64,000 bases of DNA from Pocillopora damicornis (taxonomy: Eukaryota): NCBI RefSeq assembly GCF_003704095.1, contig NW_020843934.1, forward strand, positions 124,001-188,000, in the 5' to 3' direction. This document shows, one piece after another, positions 37,101 to 49,732 of this stretch. Each line of letters opens with the position of its first letter. The stretch's first letter is position 1. The notes under the pieces are model-generated. The model was not told where the DNA came from, searched no databases, and saw nothing but the letters and a program-made list of their open reading frames with translations. The translations under genes and the position numbers were made by a program.

Positions 37101-40100
37101 TGGTTGTGAACAATATTAGTCTGTGTATCATGTCCTGTCAGGTTGGGCACACAATCCTATGAGGTTCCTGCATCTTGGGAGTCTCAGATTTGACCAATTA
37201 CCACCCCCACACCCTACAGGTGGTACTTAAACATTTCCTTTCTTCCATAGAAAGAGCTAGTACAGCTGTTTGGTGAAGTTGGAAATGTACAAGATGTTCA
37301 TTTACAGCCATCAAGAGGAGGAAATTACACTTATGGGTGTGTATGCTTCTTTGATAGACAATCGCTTCTTGTCTTTGGTTTGATTGAAGTATTCTTAATC
37401 TCTCTCCAACTGATTAGTTCTGAGAAATCACCATGCACTGACAACATCACCCAAAATTGATCAAATCTCAGTGCAGGGAATACCAGGCTCATCCATCCTG
37501 GATCACCCCCTTCCAACCCCCTTTGAAAAAGAAATAAAAACCAAACAAAACCTGGCTATCATTGCCTCTGTCTGAATAGCATTACTAACAAAAATTCCAC
37601 TTTTCCTTTACATAGAAGTACTGCTTCTCACATTCCTTTGTATTCACTATGCCATTGAAACAAAGGAGACAAAAATTAAGTTATTCTTGATTTTGCTGCG
37701 GGTTTATGTTTCAGTTTTTCAGTTTCTTTGACTCCATGAAATTAAATTCTCTCAATAAATACATGATAAATTGTCGCTGCTTTTATTTAAGAAAAAACTC
37801 ATTTAACACACAGGATTAAAACAAACAAGGACTTCAGAAAAGCCAGGAAAAGACTTACTTCCCTAAACTTCTCCGAATTTCTTTGATTAAAAACAAACTA
37901 ACAGAAAATAAAGTTCTTGGAAGGTGGAAACACCAATGTTCACCAAGGGCAACCTTTTTTTACCTCCAGTTACCCACGGAGGGTCATACAGATTACAAAA
38001 ATGATATTTATAACTATCATAACTGTTCAATTCAAGTGTGAAAAACATTTCCTATCTAGAAAAATGATGTCTCACAATGCTGGAAATCATGTCTCACAGG
38101 GTTTAGAATTTCATATGTTTCTTTGAGAGCTTGCCCCCAAAAAAACCCCAGAGGGACATGTTGCTTTGAGACAAACCATGTTTGCTATGCAAGCATAATT
38201 CAATTCAGCTGCCTAATAAGTTCATTCATGTACTGTATCACATTTTCCAATGACAATCTTGGCTCTGGATATTTGTACCTCAATGGTTGCACCCTTTGTA
38301 GTTTCTTTTGCTGGTAATAAAAAGTCAACACAACTAAAGTATGTTTCCTAATACTATGCAATACTTGAATTAATTGAATAATGACAAGTAATTCAAAGTG
38401 GGTTTATACAAATTGCTTTACCACACTGTTGTGGTGTAAGGTATACTCCAAATGGAACATTTTCAAAATGGTAACAGATAGGTCTGTCTAACACACCTTG
38501 CCATCTTAAAATTAAAATAAATGTAAACATTTGTATTATGTCAAAATCTTTTGAACATAAACATAAATTGAATTGATTTTAATCTGAAATTGATTTTTAT
38601 CTGAAATTGAATCAGTATTATGCCGATACCAAGTAAAGCCTGAGTGTTGCTGGGGTATGATTCTAGTACAAATAAGAGATATTTAGATTCTAGGATAAGT
38701 TAACTTGGATTACATGAATTAACATAAAGTTGTTGGTGAGATACTCATTAAATAGATATCTTACAAATTGATGAGCAACACAGGTTTATACTGGCTCACT
38801 TATTTCCTGTAAGAAAATCTCAAACTCATAGTTGCACTTGTCCTAAAGTACTGTTCCAATCTGAAGCTGAAATGGTGTTGTTTGGAAACCAAGAAAATAA
38901 TGCTAGATACACTACTGAAAGTGAAAGACAGTAATATTCTCACAAAATACTGGCTGCATGAAAAGAAAAATGCATTGGTAAAACATAAAGATCCACATCC
39001 ACTCTAATAATTGTTTCAAATCCAATCAAGGCCAGTCCAGTGTGAACAAAGCCTAAAAATTTATGCCGTAAGGACAATTTTAGAAGACAAATTGTACATA
39101 AACTCTGATATGTTGAATGTTGACAATAACTGTCTCTTAAAAATATTGTAACTCTCTGTATTGTCTCTCTACAAGCCTTCTGTATAGCTACTCTACCCCA
39201 CTCCTCGCTAATTAGCTAAACGGTATCAGATGTTAAATTTGCGATTTTTAGTAAATAAAGAAATTATTTGGAAGAGAAATGTTACCAAATTCATTCTAAT
39301 ACAAAGAACTCTTATTTAATGCGCCTTTGGCCATCCGCTTTGGTCGTCTTAGAAATTCGTCGATTGCTCGAACACAGTGCTTCCAAGTATTCACCTTTTC
39401 ATCAGATGCGATTGCATACACATCAAACACCGTTTCCTTTACGAAACGAAGGCGTTCGGGATCAACTGCCTCCTTCCCTCTCGTGCCTGTACAATTCCTG
39501 TTTTCTAACTCATTATTTTCGAAAATATGTCTCAGCAACTGGACTGCAAAGTTGCCGATTGAGCAACTTTTGCATTTGATCTGGGTAAGCTCATCCGTAG
39601 AGATGTATTGTTGCGGAAACGAAGGAGGGCGCACAGGAGGTGCGACGTCTTGTTCGTTGTCCGAGCCGGGTGAAGAAGCTCCACTGGAAGGAAGCGGTTT
39701 TACAGGGTTGGCAACCATCGATGGTGTGCTTGAATTTAACGGCGCTTGAGGCCGTGTCGGGGTGTTAATGGGGGTTGTGTTTTCCACGCGCGGGGAGGGT
39801 GAAACGGAAGGTGGCGGTGCTCCACTTGGGAGTTGTGTGGCGGATGAAACTGGTGGCTGCTCAACTCGCGAGTTGTCACTGCTGCCCAGATTGGCTGGTA
39901 GAGGGGCTACCGTTACTGTGTTGGGAATGGTGTTTTGGATTGGAAGGGAGCTCTGAAGCGCTGGAAAGAATGCAAACAACTGCTCCATGCCTCGCATTAT
40001 TTTGTTCTGGTTGTGAAGAATAGTTGCTTGGTTCACCATTATGGCGCGTTGGTTTTCCAAGATGGCGGAAAAACGATCTTGATTTAGTGATTCATTTGGT

Positions 40101-43100
40101 TCCATGGCCATATTTTGGACTCTGTCACTTGTTAGAACTGGTCAGTAAATTAATTCTGTTGTGGTAGATGGACGTTGCGGGTATTCACACCGGTTGGAAG
40201 CGTTTATGATGTTGTGTTTTGACAACTGCGAGTAAAATGGCGTCCACGAAAGTGAATCGCGAGTAAACCCGCGTGATTCGATGCTGAGCTACCACGCGTC
40301 TCACGTGGTAACGCGCAAACGAGGGCGGAACTCAACGTCACGCAATCAGACAGCAAAGGAAAGTGGATAACTACGAATCTTTCGGCAGTGAAGATGCCGT
40401 TTTAAAAATCCTTTTTAATTAAAATTTTTTTATGTTTACTCCATTTTTTGCCGAAAACTGTTACTTAACCAAATTAGAAAACAAGAGAAAACATTTTAAA
40501 AACATTGTTTAGAAGGAAAAAATAGTCAGTGGTGCCTGGTGACAAAAATTTCAACATTCTCCATCTTTTTTCATCCCTCATAAATTTTTCTGCCTCTATA
40601 ATGCAACCATGACTTAAAAAAGATTATCTGAATTATCATTTCATTCCAGAGTCATTTAAAAATTAAATTTATTAAAGTTACTGGTGAACCTTATACTCTC
40701 AAATTCCTTTATTGCCAGCCATGCAATGCTTCATCAACTTTGCAGGTATAGAAGAATTAGCTTAACAAAAACAAAATTGGTGGTAAGCTAGCCAAAACAG
40801 CTAAGCTAATCACTGTGATCCTATTATAAAAGTAATCACTCTAATCCTAGTTTTATAACTGTAAGCTATGCTTTGTTTCTCCACAGCTTCATTAGATATT
40901 GTACACTTGATGAGTGCCGTGATGCAATTGAAATGCTCCATGGCCGTCTCCTTGGCAACAGCACCATAACAGTAGAGTACGCATCTGAGACTAAAGGAAG
41001 AATGTCATGTGATGATCCAGATGATGTACCTCATGGCAGTAAGTGATCTTTTAAATTTTTCATCCCATGCAGGAGATTCACTTGAAATTTAGAAAATCTC
41101 TCATGCAGTTGTATAAAGGAGCTACTTTGTGCCCAATTTTTGGGTTGTTTTTATGGAACAGACAAAATAAATGGGAAATTGGAGGACAGGAACTGCAAAA
41201 TGCAAGATTGGAAAAAGAAATAAAATGGGAAGAATAAATGACATAGGAATGTTCAAAATTGGTTACACAAAAAGGTCTCATGCAGTTGTATTAAAGGAGC
41301 TATGTTGTACCCAATTTTTTTAAGTTGTATTTTTGGAATAGACTTAATTACTGGAGGATTGGAGGAGAAGAACTGCGAAATGTTTGTGTGGAAAAAGAAA
41401 TAAAATGGGAAGAATGCACAAAATAGGAATAATCAAAATTGTTACACAAAAAAGAGAAAGTGAAGAAAAATTTAAAATGACCATCAAACGAAAACCATCA
41501 GAAGATAAGTTCGGTAAGAAGGGGAAATAAATACATATATATGTATATATACACCCATTTTCAAACTGTTGCAATTTTAAAAAANNNNNNNNNNNNNNNN
41601 NNNNNNNNNNNNNNNNNNNNNNNNNNNNNNNNNNNNNNNNNNNNNNNNNNNNNNNNNNNNNNNNNNNNNNNNNNNNNNNNNNNNAATCAAGGGCTTCTTA
41701 AATCACTGATTATTTCCTTTATTCTTCTGACCTTTGCATTTGATTCAAAGTTGATAATGTAGGGAGAAATGAGAAGCCAGTCACTCTTTGGGGTTAAAGG
41801 GTTAAGGGTACATATTGATAAAAAACTTAAAATGGAATTGTCATATAAAGAGTGTTTGTAAAAGGATTGCCTCTGCCTTAGCTGCAATTAAAAGAATGAG
41901 CTATTTTGTTCCTTTTTAAAAATGTTCTGAATGATTCGTCTAACGCATAGTCTAACTAGATTTTGATTATTGCAGCGTTGTTTGAGGCAACTGCGGTTTT
42001 GGCCTATGTGAACAAAAACAGAAGCTTCAAAACCGCGCAGCCCGTATTATATTGTATGCAAGCAATTAGGACGATATTGACGAGCTGTTCCAGGCACTCA
42101 GCGGGCGAAAACTTAGTCATCAAAGACTGGTAGCCACCTCTGTTATGATGCTCAAAACTTTATATGGATTGACCTCTGAATATCTACAATCTTCATTAAT
42201 ATCCCGAAATGATATTACTTCACACCGACTGACGATGCTGAGAATAAATTATTGGCTGTTCCACAACTCCGCACCAACTATTTGAAGAAAACCTTTTCCT
42301 GCAGAGGTGCCATGTTCTGGAACAGCCTTTCACATGAACTTCGAGCAACAGTTCCTTTATGCGAATTTAAAATTGAAGTGCATCATTATAGCTTTGAATG
42401 AGACATGGCATCCCAGAAATGCAGCTTTAGTGATATAATAGGTTTTATTCTTGTAATACTGTATTAATATATTGTAATATATTAACTGGGGGATTTCATC
42501 GTCTATTAATTAAATTATCTATCTATTTATCTGTGCTTGTTTTCTCTTAATTCAGCGGCGGTGAACATCATATGTCCAACCAACAGTCAGTCGCAACACA
42601 CTTTACCGAGGAGGGTTTACAAAGCCATAGGATTTACGAGCACAACGTGACTAACGGGACGAATACAGAATGTTTACAAAGCATGGAGTTGACAAATCAT
42701 CAGGAAGTTTTTCAACACACGGATAGCCAACTTATCTCAGGAAGACCTTGTGAAGCTGACGCACTGCATTCAAGAAACTCTACACTTACGCTCTCTCCAC
42801 TCAAACGCTATGATTCAGTAGGCAGCCCTGGTATGAGAGTCTCTCAGGGAAGGTACTTATCCCCAAGCAGCTCTGATGAAACATCATCTCCAGGGAGGTA
42901 CACTTCCCCGATAGGCCAAGATTTTACTCCTTCTCCGACAATCTATACATCTCCAAGCTGCCCAGATGTGACTTCTTCGCCAAGACGAGGTGATACCTCA
43001 CTCAGTGAAGTAGAAACCAGCGGCTCTTTCAGTTTCGGCTCACTGTCGCTAGAGAAACCCCTCAGGCAAGATTGTAATAACTGCCATGAAGAGATCACAA

Positions 43101-46100
43101 GCAATGTATTAAATTCGAGCCACGCGGGAAGCACACCATCTCCTTGCCCCTCGTGTGCGTCTTCTTTGAATGGCATGGAACTCTGCTCTTTTGAATCTGA
43201 TAGGCATTACAACGAACTAGGGCCAGAGACTTCAGGAGAGTCGCCAGTGTCTTTTAAAGTACCCCATCAGGATCAAACGGGTGCTGCTGTGTCTACCATA
43301 AATGGAGAAGTAGTTCAAGATTTTAAGGGTGTATCACCACGACATGATCAAATAAAGGTTCATGATACCTATGTTCAGATAGGAAAAGAATCAGATTCAG
43401 TGCCGACAAAAACGCCTCCTGTTCAATGTCTTCCACGAGAACATCCTTTTGAAGTTGAGAAGAACACTTACCCGGCTTCTTTGAAACCACTGTCCCCTAA
43501 TAATGCAACGGTTCCTCTTTCATCCGTTCCTGCTTTACTTCCGGCTGAACTTGTGTCTCCCGCGGGCTCGAGCATAGTGGGACCGCATGTATCACCGCCA
43601 ATCGATCCTGGTAGTGGATCGGATCCTCCTACAGGCGCTACTGCTTCATGCACACCAGAGCCTGTTTCTTCTTCAAACTCAAGCACGGTAAGACCCCTCA
43701 TGAAACAACAATTATTCTCCAACCCTTCCCATGGGCCTCATGGGCCCCATGGGCCACCCCAGCGTATTCAACCAATGCCGGTAAGCATGGCTTCCAGATT
43801 CCAACACCCTGACTTTCCGAGGCACCAGTCGGGTAATTTGATGTTTCCAGGATGGAATGCTGATGCTTTTCTTCAACAGCAGCTTCTGGCGTCGAGGCTG
43901 CCGTTTGGACCACCATTTTACGCAGGAATGCGTGTAATTCAACCAAATAGTCCAGTATCGTTGCCCTTACAGGAGCTCCGAACTTCTCTGGGGCGATCCA
44001 ACAGGGGTGCAGCAGGGAGGGGACGATCATTTGCACCAAGATTTCCCAATGCAAATCTTGGAAATATTAGAACTCGTGGCGAAATTGAGAATAGTGAGTT
44101 ACCTTCAACGACGATCTTGCAGGAAACCTCTTCCGTGAGGACCACTTCAGACACACCTGAAGATTATACTCCCACTTTATTTCAGAATCAGAAAACCAAA
44201 CTAGAATCAGCAAACATCGACCCTTTGCCGCTTTTCAAGAGCACACCGTATTGTAGCCGTAACAAAATTGACGAGGAAACATCTTTGACTCAAAGTCCAG
44301 GAAGCAGTAATTCTCCTCCGGACGGAAGCTGCTTTGATGGTTTGGCAAAAGAGTCGGGAGAAGGGACTGAGTTTCGACGCTTTACACACGTCCGTCAGGA
44401 GGCTGACGATCAAGAAAGATTCAATGCTGAGGATGTGAAGCGAGTTACATCTTCAAGCGGCACCTTAGAAAGTTTGGAAAACGAGATGCAAAACTCTGAT
44501 GTGAAGAGCTTATCTCCAAGTAAAATGACACAGAGTGAACTGCGTCTCAAAGACCAAAAGGTGAGTTTTTGAGAGATGTTTTCATTTGTCAGTGTGTTAA
44601 CAAACTGAAAGCGAGGGACAAATAGGTCGTTGGCTGGGAAGTGACGATTACACCTAACCATTTTCGCCTCTGAGAGTAGTATACTTATTCTCGACATCGT
44701 TTTTATCCGTTTCTTTTGGTGCTGATTTGGAGATTTTGTTTGAAAATGGAGAGCTTTTCTAGTCGGTTGTAATCTCCTCTGGTTGGGTTGAAGGCTTTAG
44801 TTACTTGAAGTCTTACAGGTAAACTTTAAACTTCCCACTTTAAATTTTCGCGTAAGAAATAAAAGTACTCTTCTTTTTTGGAAATTTTTCTTTCTCGACA
44901 AAACACAACTGAGTATTCTTAAATCATAGTTGGAATAATGTCCGTGACAAAATTCACCTGCTTATAAGTTGAGGTATTAAAAGAGTGTTACAGGAGTCTT
45001 ATTTGTTTGTGTTGTGTGTCAGCGTTTCTAATCTTTGTAGCCTTCACCTTATCCAAAAGTTTTCTTTGTTTTAGAATGAGTTGAAAAGGATCGTCCGTGA
45101 GAATGAAATAATGCGTCGGAACATAGACTGGACGAAATCCAGAGGAATGGCGGGTAACAGGTATCCCAAAAAAAAAATTGGAAAGATTGTCAATCTGTTT
45201 TCTCTTGTTGTTCGCTGTGGTCTCATCGTTAAACCGAAAATTCGCAACACACTGGAGCTCGAATCCTCACTAGGAAGTTAGAGCATTTTTGTTTAGCGCT
45301 CTGGACGAATCTCTGTTCATTGGATTTTTGGTCGTTGTTGTTTTTTAATTAGAGAAATTTTCAATTGAGTTTCGAAAGCAACCCGAATTGCATCGGTTTT
45401 GCTTTACTTCGCTCTGTGATTGGTCTAGAAAACGCACGCCACTCTCAACCAATCAGATACAAAACTCAAACTAATCACGACATGATCACCGGCATGTCAG
45501 TGCCGACAAAAACGCCTCCTATTCAATATCCTCCACGCGACCATCCTCTTGAAGTTAAGAAGAACAATTACCCAGCTTCTTTAAAACCTCTGTCCCCTAA
45601 TAGTGCAACGGTTCCTCCTTCATTGGCCCCTGCTTCTCTCCGGAATGAACTTTTGTCTCCCTTAGACCCAAGCAAAACAGCGCTTAACGTCTTAACACTG
45701 CAACTTTATGAATGCAATTTTTGTGTGAACTTTTAGGGAAGGAGAAAGTCAGCTCAAAGAAGAAATTAGTGTTAAAGAGCTCTTTTTACAAAAGGAAAAG
45801 GAAATATTTGTTTTAAGGTACAATATTACAAGAATAACATCTGTTTATTTTATACTTGAGTCTTCTTAACCCTTTACACCCTAACATCAGTTGGCACAGT
45901 CTCCATACTGCTCACCTTACATTTCCTAAGATGCTGCCAAAGAGGATTTGTTTTACAATCCATAGCTTCGTTAGTTGGTGATTATTTTCTTTATTCTCGT
46001 GATCTTTATGCGTGATTTGTTAGGAGAAATTAGATGCTAGTCACTCTTAGGGCTATTGATAGAGTTGACTTTACCTTGTGACGGGTCTTTTCTCTGTTTT

Positions 46101-47004
46101 ACTTGTTACTGCTTCACAGAAATCAAGAGCAAGAACTTTTGTTTGAAAGAGAAAAGTTAGAAGCTGCCTTTGATCAACAACTAAAGAAACAGGTTGGTAG
46201 AACGAAGTTATTGGTCGGTTATTTACACGAGGTCTAACCCGAACCACGGTTTTACACAATCAATGGGCCTCAGAGGCTTAAAAGGGTTTGATTTTATTGA
46301 TTTGATGTCCTTCCACTGTTAGCTTTATGCCCTCTTGACGCTGTTCACAAAAATTAAATGTTCAGATAAAAGTTTCAGCTAAATTGATGGTTGTTTTGTC
46401 TACACGGCTACACTTTGTTCAAAAACTCAGACCATGTAGTCTCAGACATCTAAATTTGCTGAAAATGATGTGTGTGGTCTTTTAACCTTTTAAATCCTAA
46501 CATCAGTATTCACGTTCTCAATTCTTTCCTCTTTACATTTACTTTGGTTCTGACTATGAGAATTCGTTTAACAATCAAAGCCCCCTCGGTTGGTGATCAT
46601 TTCCTTTATTTTCGTGATCTTAATCAATGATTCAGCAATATTACAGTACGAAGAAGTAAGGTGCTGATCACCCTCAGGGTGTAACGAGTTAATGAACTGT
46701 ACCAATTTGCTAAGGTGAACAACCGGAAGTCTTCTGATCCTAGTGTTTGCTTCCGTCTCCTTGGAGAGATTTTTTAGAGTTATATAGATTGTCACGCAAC
46801 ACCGCTGTATCTTCAACCCATGTGAGTCACGAAACTTTTCAGCGTGGCGGTTTAAGACAGGCGAGATACTACATAATTATACATTATTATTATTATTTTT
46901 TTCTGTTTCAGCTCGAGACAGAACAAAAGATTGGTAAAACAGAGAACAAGATTCATCTAGCAAAATTGGAGAATGAGCTCCTAAGACTGTACCAGGATCT
47001 CTAA
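34183..47004 (+). CDS. Single-RRM RNA-binding protein with a long Ser/Pro-rich disordered region and a C-terminal coiled-coil-like tail (multi-exon)
   Basis: Phase-consistent exons are 34183-34335, 35550-35664, 36733-36854 (RNP2-like IYTGYL), 37251-37336 and 40887-41038 (RNP1 TYG|FIRY...AIEMLHGRLLGNSTITVEYA). Further exons are 42556-44560 (large), 45075-45160, 45737-45817, a probable exon at about 46767-46821, and 46912-47004 (stop). The 41038 to 42556 junction is off by one phase (gap at 41585-41684 or an alternative donor). The true start may lie further upstream. Confidence 0.75.
34925..35485 (-). mobile_element. Penelope-like element remnant (C-terminal part of the GIY-YIG region) with an inverted partial repeat
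   Basis: RRFKEAIHIRLHPNNINKDSGIEIPEVWMPTIK is typical of the end of a PLE endonuclease. A 49-bp inverted repeat spans 34925-34973 / 35358-35406, and a hammerhead-like motif lies at 34982-35017 (minus). Confidence 0.75.
39296..40111 (-). CDS. Intronless BEN-domain protein (N-terminal coiled coil, Pro/Ser linker, C-terminal BEN), nested antisense in an intron of the RRM gene; 271 aa
   Basis: The C-terminus SIGNFAVQLLRHIFENNELENRNCTGTRGKEAVDPERLRFVKETVF...WKHCVRAIDEFLRRPKR matches the BEN pattern (FA..LL..lF...EL....c.G....LDp.rl..i...). A CpG-rich promoter-like patch lies at 40200-40350. Confidence 0.85.
   Translation of the reverse strand: MAMEPNESLNQDRFSAILENQRAIMVNQATILHNQNKIMRGMEQLFAFFPALQSSLPIQNTIPNTVTVAPLPANLGSSDNSRVEQPPVSSATQLPSGAPPPSVSPSPRVENTTPINTPTRPQAPLNSSTPSMVANPVKPLPSSGASSPGSDNEQDVAPPVRPPSFPQQYISTDELTQIKCKSCSIGNFAVQLLRHIFENNELENRNCTGTRGKEAVDPERLRFVKETVFDVYAIASDEKVNTWKHCVRAIDEFLRRPKRMAKGALNKSSLY
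41099..41455 (+). repeat. Two tandem copies of an approximately 178-bp unit in an RRM-gene intron
   Basis: ctcatgcagttgta..aaggagcta...aaatgggaagaat...ttacacaaaaa occurs at about 41099 and 41277. Confidence 0.8.
41960..42520 (+). mobile_element. Degenerate LINE (CR1/L2-like) 3' end
   Basis: Encodes KLQNRAARII and VPQLRTNYLKKTFSCRGAMFWNSL, ending in a (tatc)n-like tail near 42515-42532. Confidence 0.7.
45497..45660 (+). repeat. Intronic duplicate of part of the large RRM-gene exon (43397-43560)
   Basis: SVPTKTPPIQYPPRDHPLEVKKNNYPASLKPLSPNSATVP compared with SVPTKTPPVQCLPREHPFEVEKNTYPASLKPLSPNNATVP. Confidence 0.85.
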
Positions 47005-49732
47005 GGAAACACTGTTATCTATTAGCGATGTATTTGCTGCCTTATGCACTATGGCACGTTGATTGCATCATCTTACACTGTTCGAAATGTTTCGAAAATG
47101 TCAAGCATAGAAGGGATGAGGATAAAGCAAAATATCAATTAGGAGATTATTAGTTGATCCAAAACCAAATTCTCCAACATAACATCATAAGAATTGAATG
47201 TCAGACAGTAAAGAGAATTACTAATGAGATATTGGGAGTTAAAGGGTTGATTTTCATTTGCTTGTTGGTATTGTGTTTTTTTTCGTTTTTGTTGACTTGA
47301 TAAAATATGCGGCACCTATGCATGTAATTTATTCGTTTGAGTCTTCTTTCAATACTCTGTATTTCTCTTTATTTTGATTGGCTGAACAACGATGAAACCA
47401 TGACAAGATGACATCATATGTGTTGGAAACTGTTTCCCGCGTTTCATTTTCGAAGCGCTATGTGACTTACGACATTGTTGAATCATCTTGAAATCTGAGG
47501 CCTACATTTTTCAAGCTGGTCAATGGCAATTTATCTAAATTTCTTCACTCTAAAACAGCCATGATCACTTTCAAATCACTCTTGCGTTTTCGTTGCGAGT
47601 TAATCCCGAGAATATATTTATGTAGTTGACGATTAAAAACGTTTTTCGTAGAACACGTTCGAAAATTGCACATTCACAGGGAATCAAGAAAGTTAGAACG
47701 TTGAAAAGTATTTTTATAAATCTATTTTGGAGACCCATTGTTGTGGGACGTTAAGCTTGGCCATATATGAATTTGTTTATCGTTGTTGAAGTTAGAAAAA
47801 TGTACGTTCTTTTGGAACTCGAGAAGGTTAAGAAAAACTCTTATGAAGAGTATTTTTGGCAGAATAAATCTATTTTTGTGGGAGAGTGTTTTTTTTATTT
47901 CAATATAGTCATGAAAACCAATGGGTTAGTGCAGTAGTTTCTCTCCATTAATCTTTCAGTCTTTACTACTCTTACGGTAGAGAAAATAATTGACCTTTAT
48001 GGATAGCTTTTCCTATAGTTCCTCATATTCAAGACAAAAGACCCCTTAGCCGGAACGTGCCAATCCTTTCCTGAGTCATTCTCCTGTGGCTGTTCAGATG
48101 ACGAGAACGCCTTGACTCAGCAAACCTGGCTCTGTATCAAGTTCCAGCACGTGCTCCTCTTGCAAGTAACACTGGCTGGAGCGTCCACAGCGCTTGTCAG
48201 TGCTTGCCAGTTTCTGATGTTATCATAAGCAGTAACGCTGAGGGTTCACGTCAGTAATGGATACGATATGGATATGCTGTATCTTTAATTTCTAGTGGTC
48301 GATCTCGGCTTGACTCAGAGATCAAAAGTAATGATCCATAAATACCACGTTTTTTTAAACCTTTGATCTCTCAAGTCCGAGAGAGATAAAAGTTAATTTT
48401 GTTTTATCAACTGATGTAAATTGGCCGACATAAATTAAATAGTTTACAACTCGGCTAAGAAAAAGTTTGTCTTCTTTGTCCTCCCGGGTTGATTACCGCC
48501 TCGTTACCGGGGCTCTCTCCCTCCCTGCTCCCGGCCCCGGCCCCCGCCCCTGCCCAAAAAATAATGTAAGATCATTCGAACCCCTGGGATCGCCTTCCTG
48601 TGATGTAATCAGAGGAAGAAGAGGGGAAAAGGAATTTCCTAAGATTATAAATCAAGGGCTTTGGCGTTTCTCAAGTCGCAGATTTTTCCAATCTCAATCT
48701 CTTAATATCATCTATCTTTAATCGTGTTGACATCGTTCATTCAGTTCGGGTCAGTGTTCTTATCAGAGCGATGTGATTACGTAACATCCATACGAAATGT
48801 AAAAGTCTCGTAAACAATCGCTTTGATCGTCTTTGCAGAACAAATTTGATTGTAGCTTTTAGAAAGTTATATATACTTCTTTTAAAAGAGAAAGTTAAAA
48901 TCATTTTGTGATCAATGAAGCTTTTTGACGCGTAACCTTATCCTATCACTGGGGCTCCGTTTCCGCTGCACGTCTGATAGAATTTGATACGATGGTGAAG
49001 AGAATGACACCTTTGACTCGACAAGGGAATGATGGGCAGATTGATTTGTCATCCTTACGCAATGATCTTCATCTGCTGAATAACTATCTCCTCGCACGTG
49101 CACGAGGCGCGTTTTCAGGGAGCAGAAGAGGGGCGAAAGGTTAAGTTTGAGAGGGAAATGGCTTTCAAAAAGAACAAATGGCTAAAACCCGTTCGAAATA
49201 ATTAACTTATACTTTCTATATTGGTCCTCTCTAAAACTGTATAATTTCTACAGAGTTAATGAAAAAAACAAAAAACGAAAATTGCAGAGTCACGCAGGAT
49301 GGTGGGCAATTCAATCCAAATCCATGTATCCGCAGGAAATTCTTCATAGCATATAAAAATCAATCAAAACGAGAAGTACAGAGGAGGAATAAAAATATAT
49401 TTTTTCCTCTATCTCCTTATTTTTACAAGCAATACTGTCGAGGCGTGTTACAAATAGTCAATTGCAAAACAAACATTATTGCTCAACGGCAAGAAAACTT
49501 TCTCAACAGGTGATCTACTGAAAAGCGCATCGCTACATTTTCACGCAGAACCTTTTGACCGATGTTTTTTTTTTGTTATTGTTTTTGTTGGTATTTGGGC
49601 ACGTGAAGCCAATTGGCGCAGAACGACAGAAGGTGACAGAAACACTTGAAAGAAGGTCGTACGCTGTCTGAGCAGTGCATTAGCAGATATCACTCATAGT
49701 TGAAAGCATAACAACATAAGATACAGACTGAA

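Noticed and set aside
41976-42129. Possible phase-fixing exon for the RRM gene (tgcag...TG|gtagcc)
   Set aside because: It lies inside a LINE remnant and has a weak donor. It cannot be supported without transcripts.
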